DNA from: Spirochaetota bacterium
GTDB taxonomy: Bacteria > Spirochaetota > Spirochaetia > Treponematales > Treponemataceae
Direction: 5' to 3'
NCBI GenBank assembly: GCA_029571425.1
Contig: JAKPSR010000423.1
Location: 1-35,508, forward strand
Length of the DNA stretch: 35,508 nt
Notes under the pieces: model-generated
What the model was told of the DNA's origin: nothing
Database searches by the model: none
Seen by the model: only the letters and a program-made list of their open reading frames with translations
In this document: piece after piece, positions 1 to 10,776 of the stretch
Layout: the number at the start of each line of letters is the position of its first letter
Position numbering within the stretch: position 1 is the stretch's first letter
Position numbers and translations under genes: made by a program

Positions 1-2
1 CG

Positions 3-269
3 GCGCGGTACGGAGGGGAGGAATTCGTCGTGATGCTCTGCGACACGCCCGCGCCGACTGCCATGAAAATCGCCGAGCGCATCCGTACCTCAATCGAGAA
101 CCTCGACATCCTCTACGACGGACAGCACTTGAACCTTACCATATCGATCGGCGTCGCCGAGTATACCCCCGCGATCGACAAGACCGCGAAAAACCTCGTC
201 GACCGGGCGGACAAGGCCCTCTACAACTCGAAGCAAACCGGTCGAAACAAGGTCTCCGTGGCCGAGTAG
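3..269 (+). CDS. Diguanylate cyclase, C-terminal GGDEF domain (5' truncated by window edge)
   Basis: The frame upstream of ORF 30..269 reads ARYGGEEFVV from base 3. The C-terminus has LTISIGVA...ADKALYNSKQTGRNKV, typical of GGDEF domains. Confidence 0.93.
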   Translation, partial: ARYGGEEFVVMLCDTPAPTAMKIAERIRTSIENLDILYDGQHLNLTISIGVAEYTPAIDKTAKNLVDRADKALYNSKQTGRNKVSVAE

Positions 270-302
270 TCGCGAGAGTCTTCCGCCGTTCGGGGACGCC
301 CC

Positions 303-331
303 TTGCGGGCCGCTCCGCTTCCTGGTAGGCT
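303..331 (+). promoter_or_regulatory. Putative sigma70 promoter for a leaderless rhomboid transcript
   Basis: TTGCGG(303-308)-N17-TAGGCT(326-331), preceded by TGG. ATG 338 lies 6 nt downstream and there is no SD sequence. Confidence 0.5.
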
Positions 332-337
332 TTACCC

Positions 338-976
338 ATGCTCAACCGCTCATTTATTCGCAGGCCATTCCGCTACGTCTTTTGGAACGCCGCCCTCGTC
401 ATCGTCGGGGTGAACATCCTCGTGTTCCTCTATCTCCGCATCTTCCCCGACGAAGTCCGGTTTCTCGCCATGAACCCGGCGTTCGTCGTTGAGCGGGGGA
501 TGCTCTGGCAAGTCTTTACCTATCAATTCGTCCACGGCAATTTCTCGCATCTCTTCTTCAACATGCTGGGTCTGGTCTTCTTCGGGATCGCGGTTGAGCG
601 GCGCATCGGCTCCCGCGAGTTCATTTTACTATACCTTCTTTCTGGTACCCTCTGCGGGGCCTTCTCCCTCCTCATCTACGTCCTTACCGGCGCATGGTAC
701 GTTTTTCTGATGGGGGCATCCGGCGCCATCTTCGCGGTAACCCTCGCGTACGCCGTCCTCTATCCGGATTCGGTCATCCTCATCTGGGGAATCATTCCGG
801 TACCCGCGCCCATCCTGGTGATCGGCTACGCGGCGTTCGAGGTTTTTAACCTCATATTCGCCTCGTCTAGCGGAGTCGCGCACGCGACCCACCTGATCGG
901 ATACGCGGTCGCCTGGGCGTACTGCCTAATTCGGTTTGGGATTAATCCCTGGAAGGTATGGAAACGCCGCTTCTAG
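338..976 (+). CDS. Rhomboid family intramembrane serine protease
   Basis: WQVFTYQFVHGNFSHLFFNM, catalytic GASG and AHATHLIG motifs, multiple TM helices. Confidence 0.92.
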   Translation: MLNRSFIRRPFRYVFWNAALVIVGVNILVFLYLRIFPDEVRFLAMNPAFVVERGMLWQVFTYQFVHGNFSHLFFNMLGLVFFGIAVERRIGSREFILLYLLSGTLCGAFSLLIYVLTGAWYVFLMGASGAIFAVTLAYAVLYPDSVILIWGIIPVPAPILVIGYAAFEVFNLIFASSSGVAHATHLIGYAVAWAYCLIRFGINPWKVWKRRF

Positions 977-1662
977 CCGCGCGGGCGCCCCTCGTCGCGC
1001 TCGGCATCGCCATCGCGGCCGCGGCGATCCTCCCCGCCAGGGCCGAGACCTACTCCGGCGCGTCAAGCGCGGAAGACACGATCGTGCGGGCCCCGGTATG
1101 GATATACTTCGAGCCGGTCCCCGGCGCGACGGAGACGCCTCCTCCTCCCGCGGAAGAGCTTCGCGCGGTCGCGAGATACGTCCTCGGCGGTATGATCTAC
1201 GGATGGCGCTTTTCGTACACGCCGAGCGACCGGGCGCGCCGCGTCGAGGAATCATTCTCCCTCGAGCCGATCGCGGAGATTTCGCCTGACGACCCCCTGC
1301 TTCGCATTCGGGAACCAATTGCCGAGTATCCCCGCCTCTACGCATGGGCGGAATACCCGCTGGACGAGGCACGCGCGCGACGGGTGCGCGGGTGGTCCTC
1401 CGTGCTCTACCCGACCGCGAAGGGCCGCGGCCGCGGCGAGCGCGTTGCGGGGGCCGGCGGGATCAAGGCCGCGTACGAGGCCGCCGCGCTGAACGCGGTC
1501 CGCGAGCTCGCGCGAAAGCGCACGAAGAATAAGCCGCGCGAGGTGCGCGGCGAGGTTTTATTGAGGGAAAGCCCTCGGCTCTTCGCCGATCAAGGATGGT
1601 TCGTTGCCGAGGTCAGGCTTTTCGCGAACCTAGAGGCGATAGACCCCTACGCCGCGTACTGA
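958..1662 (+). CDS. Hypothetical exported protein
   Basis: 234-aa ORF overlapping the rhomboid stop, with an N-terminal hydrophobic signal-like segment (ARA-E) and a protein-like composition. No family recognised. Confidence 0.75.
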   Translation: METPLLAARAPLVALGIAIAAAAILPARAETYSGASSAEDTIVRAPVWIYFEPVPGATETPPPPAEELRAVARYVLGGMIYGWRFSYTPSDRARRVEESFSLEPIAEISPDDPLLRIREPIAEYPRLYAWAEYPLDEARARRVRGWSSVLYPTAKGRGRGERVAGAGGIKAAYEAAALNAVRELARKRTKNKPREVRGEVLLRESPRLFADQGWFVAEVRLFANLEAIDPYAAY

Positions 1663-1682
1663 TCCGCCCAGCCGGACCAGAA

Positions 1683-3362
1683 TTACCGCTCGGGAAACGA
1701 AAGGACGACGGTCGTCCCGCCCGGGCCGCTCGACACCGAGACTTCGCCGCACAGTTGGTCCGCGAGGGCCTCGATAAGCACGTACCCCAGGGTGTCGCCG
1801 CGCCTCGCCGTCGCCTCGAAGCCAAACCCGTCGTCGACCACCGTCATACGAGCGCGTTCTCCGCGGGAGAATTCCACGCGTACCAACCCGCCCACGCGAC
1901 CAGGGAAGGCGTGCACGAGGCAATTCGTGACGATCTCGTTAAGCGCGAGGGCGAGCGGTATCGCGAAATCGAGCGAAAGGAGGACGTCCTCGCCCGAGAC
2001 GGCGCAGGACACCTGCGTCCCGACGTTTTCGTAGGTGCTGACGAGATAGTCGCAGAGCCCGGTCGCGAACCGCCTCATCGAGACCCTGCTGACGTCCGCG
2101 TTTCGCCATATCGTCTCGTACACGAGGGACATGGCCATGATCCTCGATTGGGTCGCCGTCAACGCGCGGCGAACCGCATCCTCGGATGCGTTGTCGGCCT
2201 GCAGGCTCACCATGCTCGACATAACCTGCAGGTTGCTGGCCACCCGCTTGCGAAGTTCCTCCAGCAGGGATTCTTTCTCGGAGAGGGCGCGCATGTTGCT
2301 CATGCTGCGTTCCTCAAGGGAACTCGCCATCTCGTTGAATGAGTCGATCAAGTCGGTTATCTCGTCGCGCGCCCGGTTTAACGCAAGCCGCGCCGAAAGA
2401 TCTCCCGCGGCGAGGAGGCGGCTTTGCTCCGTCAGCCGCTCGATGCGCACGACGATGAGCCGACGCGCGAGGCCAACCGAGACGGCGAAGGCGAGAAGGG
2501 TCGCCAGGGCCATCATCGTCACCATGCGCGCGACGGGGAAACCGACGTCCCGATACACCGCCGAGATCGGCTCGTAGACGGCCACGTAGACGCTCCGCTC
2601 GTTCTCCGAGACCGCGCCGGAGGCGAAGAACACGCGCTCCTCGCCGATGGTGGCTTGCAGGGGCTGGGCGCCCGACCGCTCGCGGGCGAGGCGATAGATA
2701 TCCTCGTCGACCGGGGCGCCGACTTCCCTGCCTGGTCCGACGCGATTGGTGAAAAGGCGCAACCCGTCATGATCAATGATTTCGAGGACGGAGGCCGAGC
2801 CAAGGCGACTAAGCGAAAGCTCGCGGGCGTACTTCTCGAGGGAGTACGTCGCGATTAGGAACACTACGTCCCCCGCCTGGTCGATGACCGGAAGGGTGTA
2901 GGTCATCGACGGGATGCCCGTCGATCGGCTCATGATGTACCCACTGAGCGTAAAGCGCCTATTGTGCCGGGCTTGGGAAAGATAGTCCCGGTCTGCGACG
3001 GAATACCCTGTTTTTTGGACTCCGGACGCGATGACGGTTCCTTCCTCGTTTGCGGCGAGAAGGACGGCGTAGTCTGGATACAGCCGCATGAGGTCTCGGA
3101 GGTAAATACTCAGGTAGGCATAGTCCTTATTCTGTACCGACCGCGTCTGCGATATCGCCAGCAGGGTCTGCAAGGCGTTCATCGTGATTAATCGCTGCTC
3201 GTTCGTGAAGCTTTCGCGCAAAGCGTCGACGCGAGAGGCCGCCTCCCGTTCATTGGCGCGCAGAAATGAGTATGCGGAAAACAGGGTGATTGCGACGGTC
3301 GGCACGATGGCAACGAAGACGGTGAAAAGGATCTTCGACCAGATTTTGACTTTTCTCCGCAC
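1683..3362 (-). CDS. Membrane sensor histidine kinase-like protein (Cache-like periplasmic domain, HAMP, HisKA_2-type/HATPase) with a degenerate H-box
   Basis: Two TM segments, a DRDY Cache-like motif and a HAMP segment (GDLSARL..RDEITDLIDSFNEMA). ATPase boxes: N box LNEIVTN, G1 DDGFG, G2 TLGYVLI. The H-box reads ELRKRVASNLQ instead of E.HHRVKNNLQ. Confidence 0.88.
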   Translation of the reverse strand: MRRKVKIWSKILFTVFVAIVPTVAITLFSAYSFLRANEREAASRVDALRESFTNEQRLITMNALQTLLAISQTRSVQNKDYAYLSIYLRDLMRLYPDYAVLLAANEEGTVIASGVQKTGYSVADRDYLSQARHNRRFTLSGYIMSRSTGIPSMTYTLPVIDQAGDVVFLIATYSLEKYARELSLSRLGSASVLEIIDHDGLRLFTNRVGPGREVGAPVDEDIYRLARERSGAQPLQATIGEERVFFASGAVSENERSVYVAVYEPISAVYRDVGFPVARMVTMMALATLLAFAVSVGLARRLIVVRIERLTEQSRLLAAGDLSARLALNRARDEITDLIDSFNEMASSLEERSMSNMRALSEKESLLEELRKRVASNLQVMSSMVSLQADNASEDAVRRALTATQSRIMAMSLVYETIWRNADVSRVSMRRFATGLCDYLVSTYENVGTQVSCAVSGEDVLLSLDFAIPLALALNEIVTNCLVHAFPGRVGGLVRVEFSRGERARMTVVDDGFGFEATARRGDTLGYVLIEALADQLCGEVSVSSGPGGTTVVLSFPER

Positions 3363-3422
3363 TCTTTACTGCGCTCCGGGGAAAATGGTATAAAGGTATA
3401 TTCATTGTAGCAGGAGTATGTC

Positions 3423-4973
3423 ATGGATGTACAGTCAATTCTGAAGAATCTGCATCCGCTCGAGACCCGCGTCCTTAGGGCCTTCGCGCCGGGCATTGAG
3501 CTCACCGCCGAAAAGCTCGAGAGCGAGCTCGACTACAAGCCGGGTCACGCCAACCAGGCTTTTTCATGGCTCGGCGGCAAGGGCCTCGTCTCCGAGGTTC
3601 GCCGCGAAGCCCATACCTTCTTCGAGATCACCGAGCTCGGCAGATCGTTCGCCGCGGCCGGCACTCCGGATCAACGCATCCTGACCCTCCTCGCCGACAA
3701 GGGCCCGCGCGCCCTTCCCGAAATCGCGGCCGATCTCGGTCTCGAGCAAAAGGACGTCGGATCGGCGTTCGGCCAATTATCCAAGGAAGGCGCCGTCGCG
3801 ATGGGCGACGATAAAAAAGCACACGCCACCGGCGCGGCCGTACCCGCTCGCCTCGCCGTGACCGCCGCGCTCATCGCGCGCGCGGCCGAGCGCGGCATCC
3901 TCGATCAGGCGGAGCTTTCCGCCGACGAATCAGCGGTCATGGGGTCCCTCGCCAAGAAACGCGGCGCCGCCGACTCGCCCTTCCGCGTCGTCGAGCGCGA
4001 AACCGTGGTCTACGCCCTCGCCCCCGCCGCGGCCGAAGTCAAGAAGGCACTCGACGCCGCTGGCATCACCGGCGAGGAGATCGGATCGATCACCCCGGCG
4101 ATGCTCAAGTCCGGCGAATGGAAAAACGGGGCCTTCCGCGGTTACAACATCGCCATCCCGCCCGCGCGCGTGGTACCCGGGCGGACCAACCCCTACGTCA
4201 GCTTTCTCGAGAGCGTCAAGGATAAGCTCTGCTCACTCGGTTTCGAGGAGTTCGACGGGCCGCTCGTCGAGACGGAGTTCTGGAATTCGGATGCCCTGTT
4301 CATGCCGCAGTTCCACGCGGCCCGCGACATCCACGACGCCTACTACGTAAAGAACCCGACTCACGCGGCCTCGATCGAGGAGCCCTGGCTCTCCAATGTC
4401 GCCGCCGCCCACGAGACCGGCGGAAACACCGGCAGCCGCGGGTGGAACTATCGCTTTGACCGCGACTTCACGCGAAGGCTAATCCTCCGCAGCCAGGGCA
4501 CCGCGCTTTCCGCGCATCAGCTGCATAAGGCGAAGATCCCCGGAAAGTACTTCGGCATCGCCCGCTGCTTCCGCTACGACAAGGTAGACGCGACCCACCT
4601 CTCGGACTTTTATCAGACTGAGGGTATCGTCCTCGGCGACGAGGTCAACCTGAAAACCCTCCTTGGATTCCTCGAGATGTTTGCCGTCGAGATCGCCGGA
4701 GCGACCGACGTGAAGTACGTCCCCGGCTACTTCCCGTTCACCGAACCCTCGATCGAGGTGCACATAAAGCACCCCGTACTCGGTTGGTTCGAGCTCGGCG
4801 GCTCGGGTATTTTCCGCCCCGAGGTGACGAAGGCGATGGGCGTCGACGTACCCGTCCTCGCGTGGGGAATCGGCATCGATCGCATGGCCCTAATGGCCCT
4901 TGGCCTCAACGACCTCCGCGAGCTCTTCAGCTCGGACATCGAGGGCGTGCGCCTCAGAAAGGCGAAGTACTAA
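3423..4973 (+). CDS. pheS: Phenylalanine--tRNA ligase alpha subunit, long archaeal/eukaryal type
   Basis: FWNSDALFMPQFHAARDIHD, FRYDKVDATHLSDFYQTEG, YFPFTEPS, WFELGGSGIFRPE and AWGIGIDR motifs. AGGAG RBS upstream. Confidence 0.97.
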   Translation: MDVQSILKNLHPLETRVLRAFAPGIELTAEKLESELDYKPGHANQAFSWLGGKGLVSEVRREAHTFFEITELGRSFAAAGTPDQRILTLLADKGPRALPEIAADLGLEQKDVGSAFGQLSKEGAVAMGDDKKAHATGAAVPARLAVTAALIARAAERGILDQAELSADESAVMGSLAKKRGAADSPFRVVERETVVYALAPAAAEVKKALDAAGITGEEIGSITPAMLKSGEWKNGAFRGYNIAIPPARVVPGRTNPYVSFLESVKDKLCSLGFEEFDGPLVETEFWNSDALFMPQFHAARDIHDAYYVKNPTHAASIEEPWLSNVAAAHETGGNTGSRGWNYRFDRDFTRRLILRSQGTALSAHQLHKAKIPGKYFGIARCFRYDKVDATHLSDFYQTEGIVLGDEVNLKTLLGFLEMFAVEIAGATDVKYVPGYFPFTEPSIEVHIKHPVLGWFELGGSGIFRPEVTKAMGVDVPVLAWGIGIDRMALMALGLNDLRELFSSDIEGVRLRKAKY

Positions 4974-5010
4974 ACGACGCCGGGATATTGCGGAAATCAA
5001 GGAGCACTAA

Positions 5011-6735
5011 ATGCCAAAGATAGAAGTAAACGAGAAACTGTTCTTCAGCCTGCTCGGCGAGAAATACGACTACGCGACCCTCGAAGCCCGCCTTACCTGC
5101 GGGAAGGCCGAGCTCGACGAGAAGCCTGACGCCTCGCTTCCCGAGGCCGAGCGGACGATTAAGATCGAGCTTAACGACACCAACCGGCCCGACCTGTGGT
5201 CGACCGCCGGCGTCGCGCGCCAGCTGAGGCTCCACAAGGGCGGTAAGAAGGGCCACTACGCGGACTTCTTCTCGCGCGAGGGAAAGGCGATGGACGCAAG
5301 CAACCGCATCGTCAAGGTCGATCCCGCCCTTAAGGACGTTCGCCCCTTCATGACTGCCTTCGTCATTTCCGGCAAGCCGATCGACGAGCCGATGCTCCTC
5401 GACATCATCCAGACGCAGGAGAAACTCTGCTGGAACTTCGGGCGGAAGCGCCGCTCGATATCGATGGGCGTCTACCGGTCCGCGAATATCTCGTGGCCGG
5501 TCAACTATAAGGCCGTCGATCCGGATAAGACGAGTTTCGTTCCCCTCGCCTGCGACGCGCCGATGACGTGCCGCCAAATCCTCTCGGATCATCCGAAGGG
5601 GAAGGAATACGGCTGGATACTCAAGGACGCGAAGCTATTCCCCCTCCTCGTCGACGCGAAGGGCGAGGTGCTCTCGATGGCCCCGATCATCAACAGCGCC
5701 ACCCTCGGCGCGGTCAAGGTCGGCGACTCGGATCTCCTCGTCGAGATGACCGGCACCGACATGCCCTCGCTCGTCCTCGCGACGAGCATCGTCGCCTGCG
5801 ATTTTGCGGACGCGGGCTATAAGATCCTGCCGGTGCGCGTCGAGCACCCCTACGACACCGGTTTCGGGAAGAGCGTCACCACCCCGTACTATTTCCAAAA
5901 GCCGACGAAGACCACCATCGGGGCGATCAACCGCCTGCTCGGGTCAGAGCTCTCCGGCGGCGAAATCCGCGACGCCCTCGAGCGGATGGGAAGCGAGGTC
6001 GAGAGCTCGGGCGATGTCGTGACCCTCTACCCGCCCGAGTACCGCAACGACTTTCTCCACGAAGTGGACATCATCGAGGACGTGATGATGGGCAAGGAGA
6101 TTTCTTTCTTCCAGCCCGCCAAGCCCCGCGACTTCACGATCGGCCGGCTAACCCCACTGACCCTCTTCAGCCGCAAGGCGAAAAGCCTGATGGTGGGCCT
6201 TGGCTACCAGGAGATGATCTTCAACTACCTTGGATCGCGAAAGGATTTCATCGAGCGCATGGGCATCGCGGGAACCAAGGCGGAGGGAGATGTCATCGAG
6301 ATATCGAACCCGATGACGGAGAACTACCAATTCGTGCGGCCCTCAATCCTGCCGAGTCTTCTCGCCGCGGAAGCGCCTTCCGGCAACGCCGTCTATCCGC
6401 ATCGCATCTTCGAGATCGGAAAGGTCGCCTACAGAGCTGAAGGAGAGGTCACCGGCACGCGCACGCGGCAGCGACTCGGCTTCCTCTCGGCCTCGAGCGA
6501 CGCGAACTTTAACGACGCGGCGAGCCAAGTGGCCAGCCTTCTTTACTACCTCGACCACGAGTACAAGGTCGCCGAGTCGGACGACCCTCGTTTCGTGCCG
6601 GGGCGCCAAGCCTCGGTCATGGTGAATGGCAAGGCGATCGGCGTGTTCGGCGAGATCCATCCCCGCGTCCTTGAGAATTGGACGATCGGCACGCCCTGCG
6701 TCGCCGGCGAGATCGACCTTGAGGAGCTGATGTAG
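5011..6735 (+). CDS. pheT: Phenylalanine--tRNA ligase beta subunit, short archaeal/eukaryal type
   Basis: MPKIEV start, NRPDLWS, PIINS, YRNDFLHEVDIIED and GEIHP motifs. AAGGAG RBS. Follows pheS. Confidence 0.97.
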   Translation: MPKIEVNEKLFFSLLGEKYDYATLEARLTCGKAELDEKPDASLPEAERTIKIELNDTNRPDLWSTAGVARQLRLHKGGKKGHYADFFSREGKAMDASNRIVKVDPALKDVRPFMTAFVISGKPIDEPMLLDIIQTQEKLCWNFGRKRRSISMGVYRSANISWPVNYKAVDPDKTSFVPLACDAPMTCRQILSDHPKGKEYGWILKDAKLFPLLVDAKGEVLSMAPIINSATLGAVKVGDSDLLVEMTGTDMPSLVLATSIVACDFADAGYKILPVRVEHPYDTGFGKSVTTPYYFQKPTKTTIGAINRLLGSELSGGEIRDALERMGSEVESSGDVVTLYPPEYRNDFLHEVDIIEDVMMGKEISFFQPAKPRDFTIGRLTPLTLFSRKAKSLMVGLGYQEMIFNYLGSRKDFIERMGIAGTKAEGDVIEISNPMTENYQFVRPSILPSLLAAEAPSGNAVYPHRIFEIGKVAYRAEGEVTGTRTRQRLGFLSASSDANFNDAASQVASLLYYLDHEYKVAESDDPRFVPGRQASVMVNGKAIGVFGEIHPRVLENWTIGTPCVAGEIDLEELM

Positions 6736-6736
6736 C

Positions 6737-7666
6737 CTAGTCAGAGGGCGTCACCTCGACGCCCTCTGGCGTCGGGGCGGCAATGGGCGCGTGCGCGAGG
6801 GACGAGGCTGACGCCTGACCGGCCAACCTACGCGCCCGTATAGCCGAGAATTCGGCCCGAAGCATCTCCTGTATCCCACCGCTCAGCACCCGAAACACCA
6901 AGTCGTTAACTCGCTCGAGGTTGTCGGGATTCAATCCCTCCCGACCCTCCCTCGTGCGAAACACGAAAACGTATATCTCGTCTTCGTTCAGCACCCGTTT
7001 TAGGCACAGCACCCCGTCGACCTTGAGGATAATCCCATGCAAACTCATCTGTATTTGGTTTATGCGCTCGTGAAGTGGTATCTCCGGCTTGTCGTCGGGA
7101 AAAACGCAGGAGAAGTGGCTAATGCTTATATCCCGCACGAGGCATCGATACCCAATTCCGCCGTAAGCCATGTTCGCCTTATATGAGTCGTCACAAACGG
7201 CGCGAAGGCGCCTTCGCTGCCCGTTCGCCTGGTTCGCGGCGAGGACGTTGAGGAAAAGCGTAAGGTTTCGAACCTTTTTATACTCGCTTGGGATGCAGCC
7301 GCCGAAGATGCCGATCGAGTATAGATACAGGCGCTCAAGGGTTCGCACGTCCTCCTGGTCATTGCGCTTTTGAAACATTACGCCGATGATGGCGCGCTCC
7401 CCGTACCGGTTCTGAATCCCGCGGATGAACAAAGGCCAATCAACGCCGTTGATTCGCCGATCGATGTTAAAGAAAAGGATGACCTGGGAGAAAAGACCGA
7501 ACAGGGCGTCGACCTTCGCCTCGAGCGGACAATACGCGTCGTCCTCAAGGAAATACGTCTCGTATCCTTTTAGAAAAAAGGTCTTTAGGAATTCCTCGGG
7601 GAATAGCGACAGGTCCGGGGCGACGAAAAAAGTCTTTATGCCGAGCGCGAGCTCTTTTTTTTCCAT
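6737..7666 (-). CDS. PilZ-like domain protein (start moved to MEKKEL at 7666)
   Basis: GGAGGA RBS upstream of ATG 7666. QRRRLR (RxxxR) is followed by RDISISH (D/NxSxxG-like). Confidence 0.7.
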   Translation of the reverse strand: MEKKELALGIKTFFVAPDLSLFPEEFLKTFFLKGYETYFLEDDAYCPLEAKVDALFGLFSQVILFFNIDRRINGVDWPLFIRGIQNRYGERAIIGVMFQKRNDQEDVRTLERLYLYSIGIFGGCIPSEYKKVRNLTLFLNVLAANQANGQRRRLRAVCDDSYKANMAYGGIGYRCLVRDISISHFSCVFPDDKPEIPLHERINQIQMSLHGIILKVDGVLCLKRVLNEDEIYVFVFRTREGREGLNPDNLERVNDLVFRVLSGGIQEMLRAEFSAIRARRLAGQASASSLAHAPIAAPTPEGVEVTPSD

Positions 7667-7781
7667 CGTGTCCTCCAAGTAACGCCCTTGGGGCGAGGTA
7701 GGAACACGTTTTTTACTATATGGAGAGTATAAAACGACTTGGTGTATTCGAGATTTATTTCTTGATTCTACAAAAAGGTTT

Positions 7782-8719
7782 TTACTCTGTAACGGATAGA
7801 CCTGGGTTCTCGGCGAAAGCCCCAAACGAGGTAAAGCGACGACGACGGCCCGCGATAAGATCAACGGGATCTATCCGCTCAAGTTCGGCGAACGCGGAAA
7901 GGACGGTGTCGCGAAGTTTGCCCGCCATCGCGCCAGGGTCGCGGTGAGATCCCCCGTCGGGTTCGGGCAGGATCCCGTCTATCATCTTGAAGGAAGCGAG
8001 ATCGTCCGCCGAAATACGCATCATCTCGGCCGCCTCGCGCGCTTTCGCGGCGTCGTGCAGGACGAGCGAGGCGAAGCCCTCCGGCGAAAGCACGGTATAA
8101 TAGGCGTTTTCGAGCATGTAGACCCGGTCGGCGACCCCGATGCCGAGGGCTCCGCCCGACCCGCCCTCGCCAACGACGACGCTGACGACGGGCACGGGGA
8201 ACGAGAGAAATTCGGCGAGGTTGCGCGCGATCGACTGGCCGATGCCGCGTTCCTCGGCCCCGATCCCGGGGAAAGCGCCAGCCGTGTCGATCAGTGTAAG
8301 GATGGGCCGGCCGAATCGGGCCGCGTCGCGCGCGAGGCGCAAGGCTTTACGATTCCCCTCGGGGTGCGGCATTCCATGATTGCAGCGGATATTCTCCTTA
8401 AGGTTCCGACCCTTCCGATGGCCGATGACGGTAACGAAGCGGTCGGCGATCCGGGCTATCCCCCCGATGACGGCAGGGTCGTCCCCGTACAGGCGATCGC
8501 CCGCGAGCTCGATGAACTCATCGGCGATTAACTTGACGTACTCGACGGCCCCGGGACGCTCGGGATGGCGGGCGAGCTCGATTCGCTCCCAGCACGCGCG
8601 CTCGCCGCGCGCGGCGGCGATCTTTCTCTCGATCCCGGCGATGGCGTCCGACAAGTCGATCGCGTCGGCGGCGGCGAGGCGCTTAAGGTCGGCGAGGCGT
8701 TCCTCGAGGCGGGATAGGG

Positions 8720-8723
<4 letters not shown>
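7782..8723 (-). CDS. accA: Acetyl-CoA carboxylase carboxyltransferase alpha subunit
   Basis: ARHPERP, ELAGDRLYGDD, GMPHPEG.RKALR, IDTAGAFPGIGAEERG and GEGGSGGALG motifs. Confidence 0.95.
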
Positions 8724-9552
<829 letters not shown>

Positions 9553-9556
<4 letters not shown>

Positions 9557-10776
9557 GTGACCTTCTTGAAGATCAGGGAGGTATTGATTCCGCCGAAGGC
9601 GAAGTTATTCGACATGATGTACTCCGCGTCGAGCTCGCGGCCATCTCCCTGGATGTAGTCGAGATCGCCGCAGGCGGGATCGACGTTAACCAGGTTAAGG
9701 TTCGGGGCGAACCACCCCGCGTTCATCATGTTGATGGACATCAGGGCCTCGATTGCTCCGCAGGCGCCGAGGGTGTGCCCCATGTAGCTCTTAAGGCTGC
9801 TGATCGGCACGCGACGATCGAAGACATCCCGGGTCGCGCCCGACTCGGCGACGTCCCCGTGCTGGGTCGCGGTGCCGTGTCCGTTAACGTAATCGATCGC
9901 GTCGGGGGAAAGGCCCGCCGACTCGAGGGCGAGCTTCATCGCGACGGCCATCGTGGGTCGGTTCGGCTGCGTAATGTGCGACCCGTCGGTGTTCGTCCCG
10001 AACCCGACGAGCTCGGCCAGTATCCGCGCGCCGCGCGCGCGCGCGTGCTCGTATTCCTCCAGGATCAGGGCGCCCGATCCCTCGCCGATGACGAGGCCAT
10101 CGCGGTCGCGATCGTAGGCGGCGGGCGTAAGCTCGGGCGTGTCGTTTTTCGTGCTCGCCGCGAAGAGGGTGTCGAATACGGCCGCCTCGGTGGGGCTCAG
10201 CTCCTCCGCGCCGCCTGCGACCATGACATCCTGAAGCCCATTCTGAATAGCCTCGAACGCGTAGCCAATGGAAAGGCTGCCCGCCGTGCAGGCGGTGTTC
10301 GTCGTGATAAGACGGCCGGTGAGGCCGAAGAAGACGCCGATGTTGACCGCGCAGGTTTGCGGCATGGACCGGATATACGTCGTCGCCGAAATGCCCTGGG
10401 TATCGTTATCGTGGAGCATCCCGAAGAAGTCGAGCAGGGCGTCAACGTTTCCGGTCGACGACCCAAAGGCGACCCCGGCGCGACCAGCCGTCAATTCGGG
10501 GCTTTCGCGGAGGCCAGCATCCTGCAGGGCCCGATCGGCTGACGCGACGGCGAGGAGGGCGACGCGGCCCATGCCCCTCGTTTGCTTGCGCGAATAGCCG
10601 GGATCGTCGAAGGAAACGGGCGCCGCGAGGCGGGTATTCATCCGCGGGTACCGGTCCCAGTCCGCCATGCGGACTATGGCGTTTCGCCGGCTCCGTAGCC
10701 TCGCCTCGATGGCGCCCCAGTCGTTGCCAATGGGCGATATGCACGAGCCGCCCGTAATCACAACCCTCTTCTTCAC
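9553..10776 (-). CDS. Beta-ketoacyl-ACP synthase (ApeR-like, FabF family)
   Basis: Catalytic triad TACTAG / NGHGTAT / MGHTLGA, C-terminal SNNFAFGGINTSL. Terminal position in the APE gene order. Confidence 0.93.

Noticed and set aside
7667-7864. Long N-terminal extensions in the ORF track (also at 13307, 14082, 17527, 22413, 27104, 31450, 33805)
   Set aside because: Downstream ATGs have clear SD sequences or stop/start coupling, and the extensions overlap neighbouring genes or promoters.
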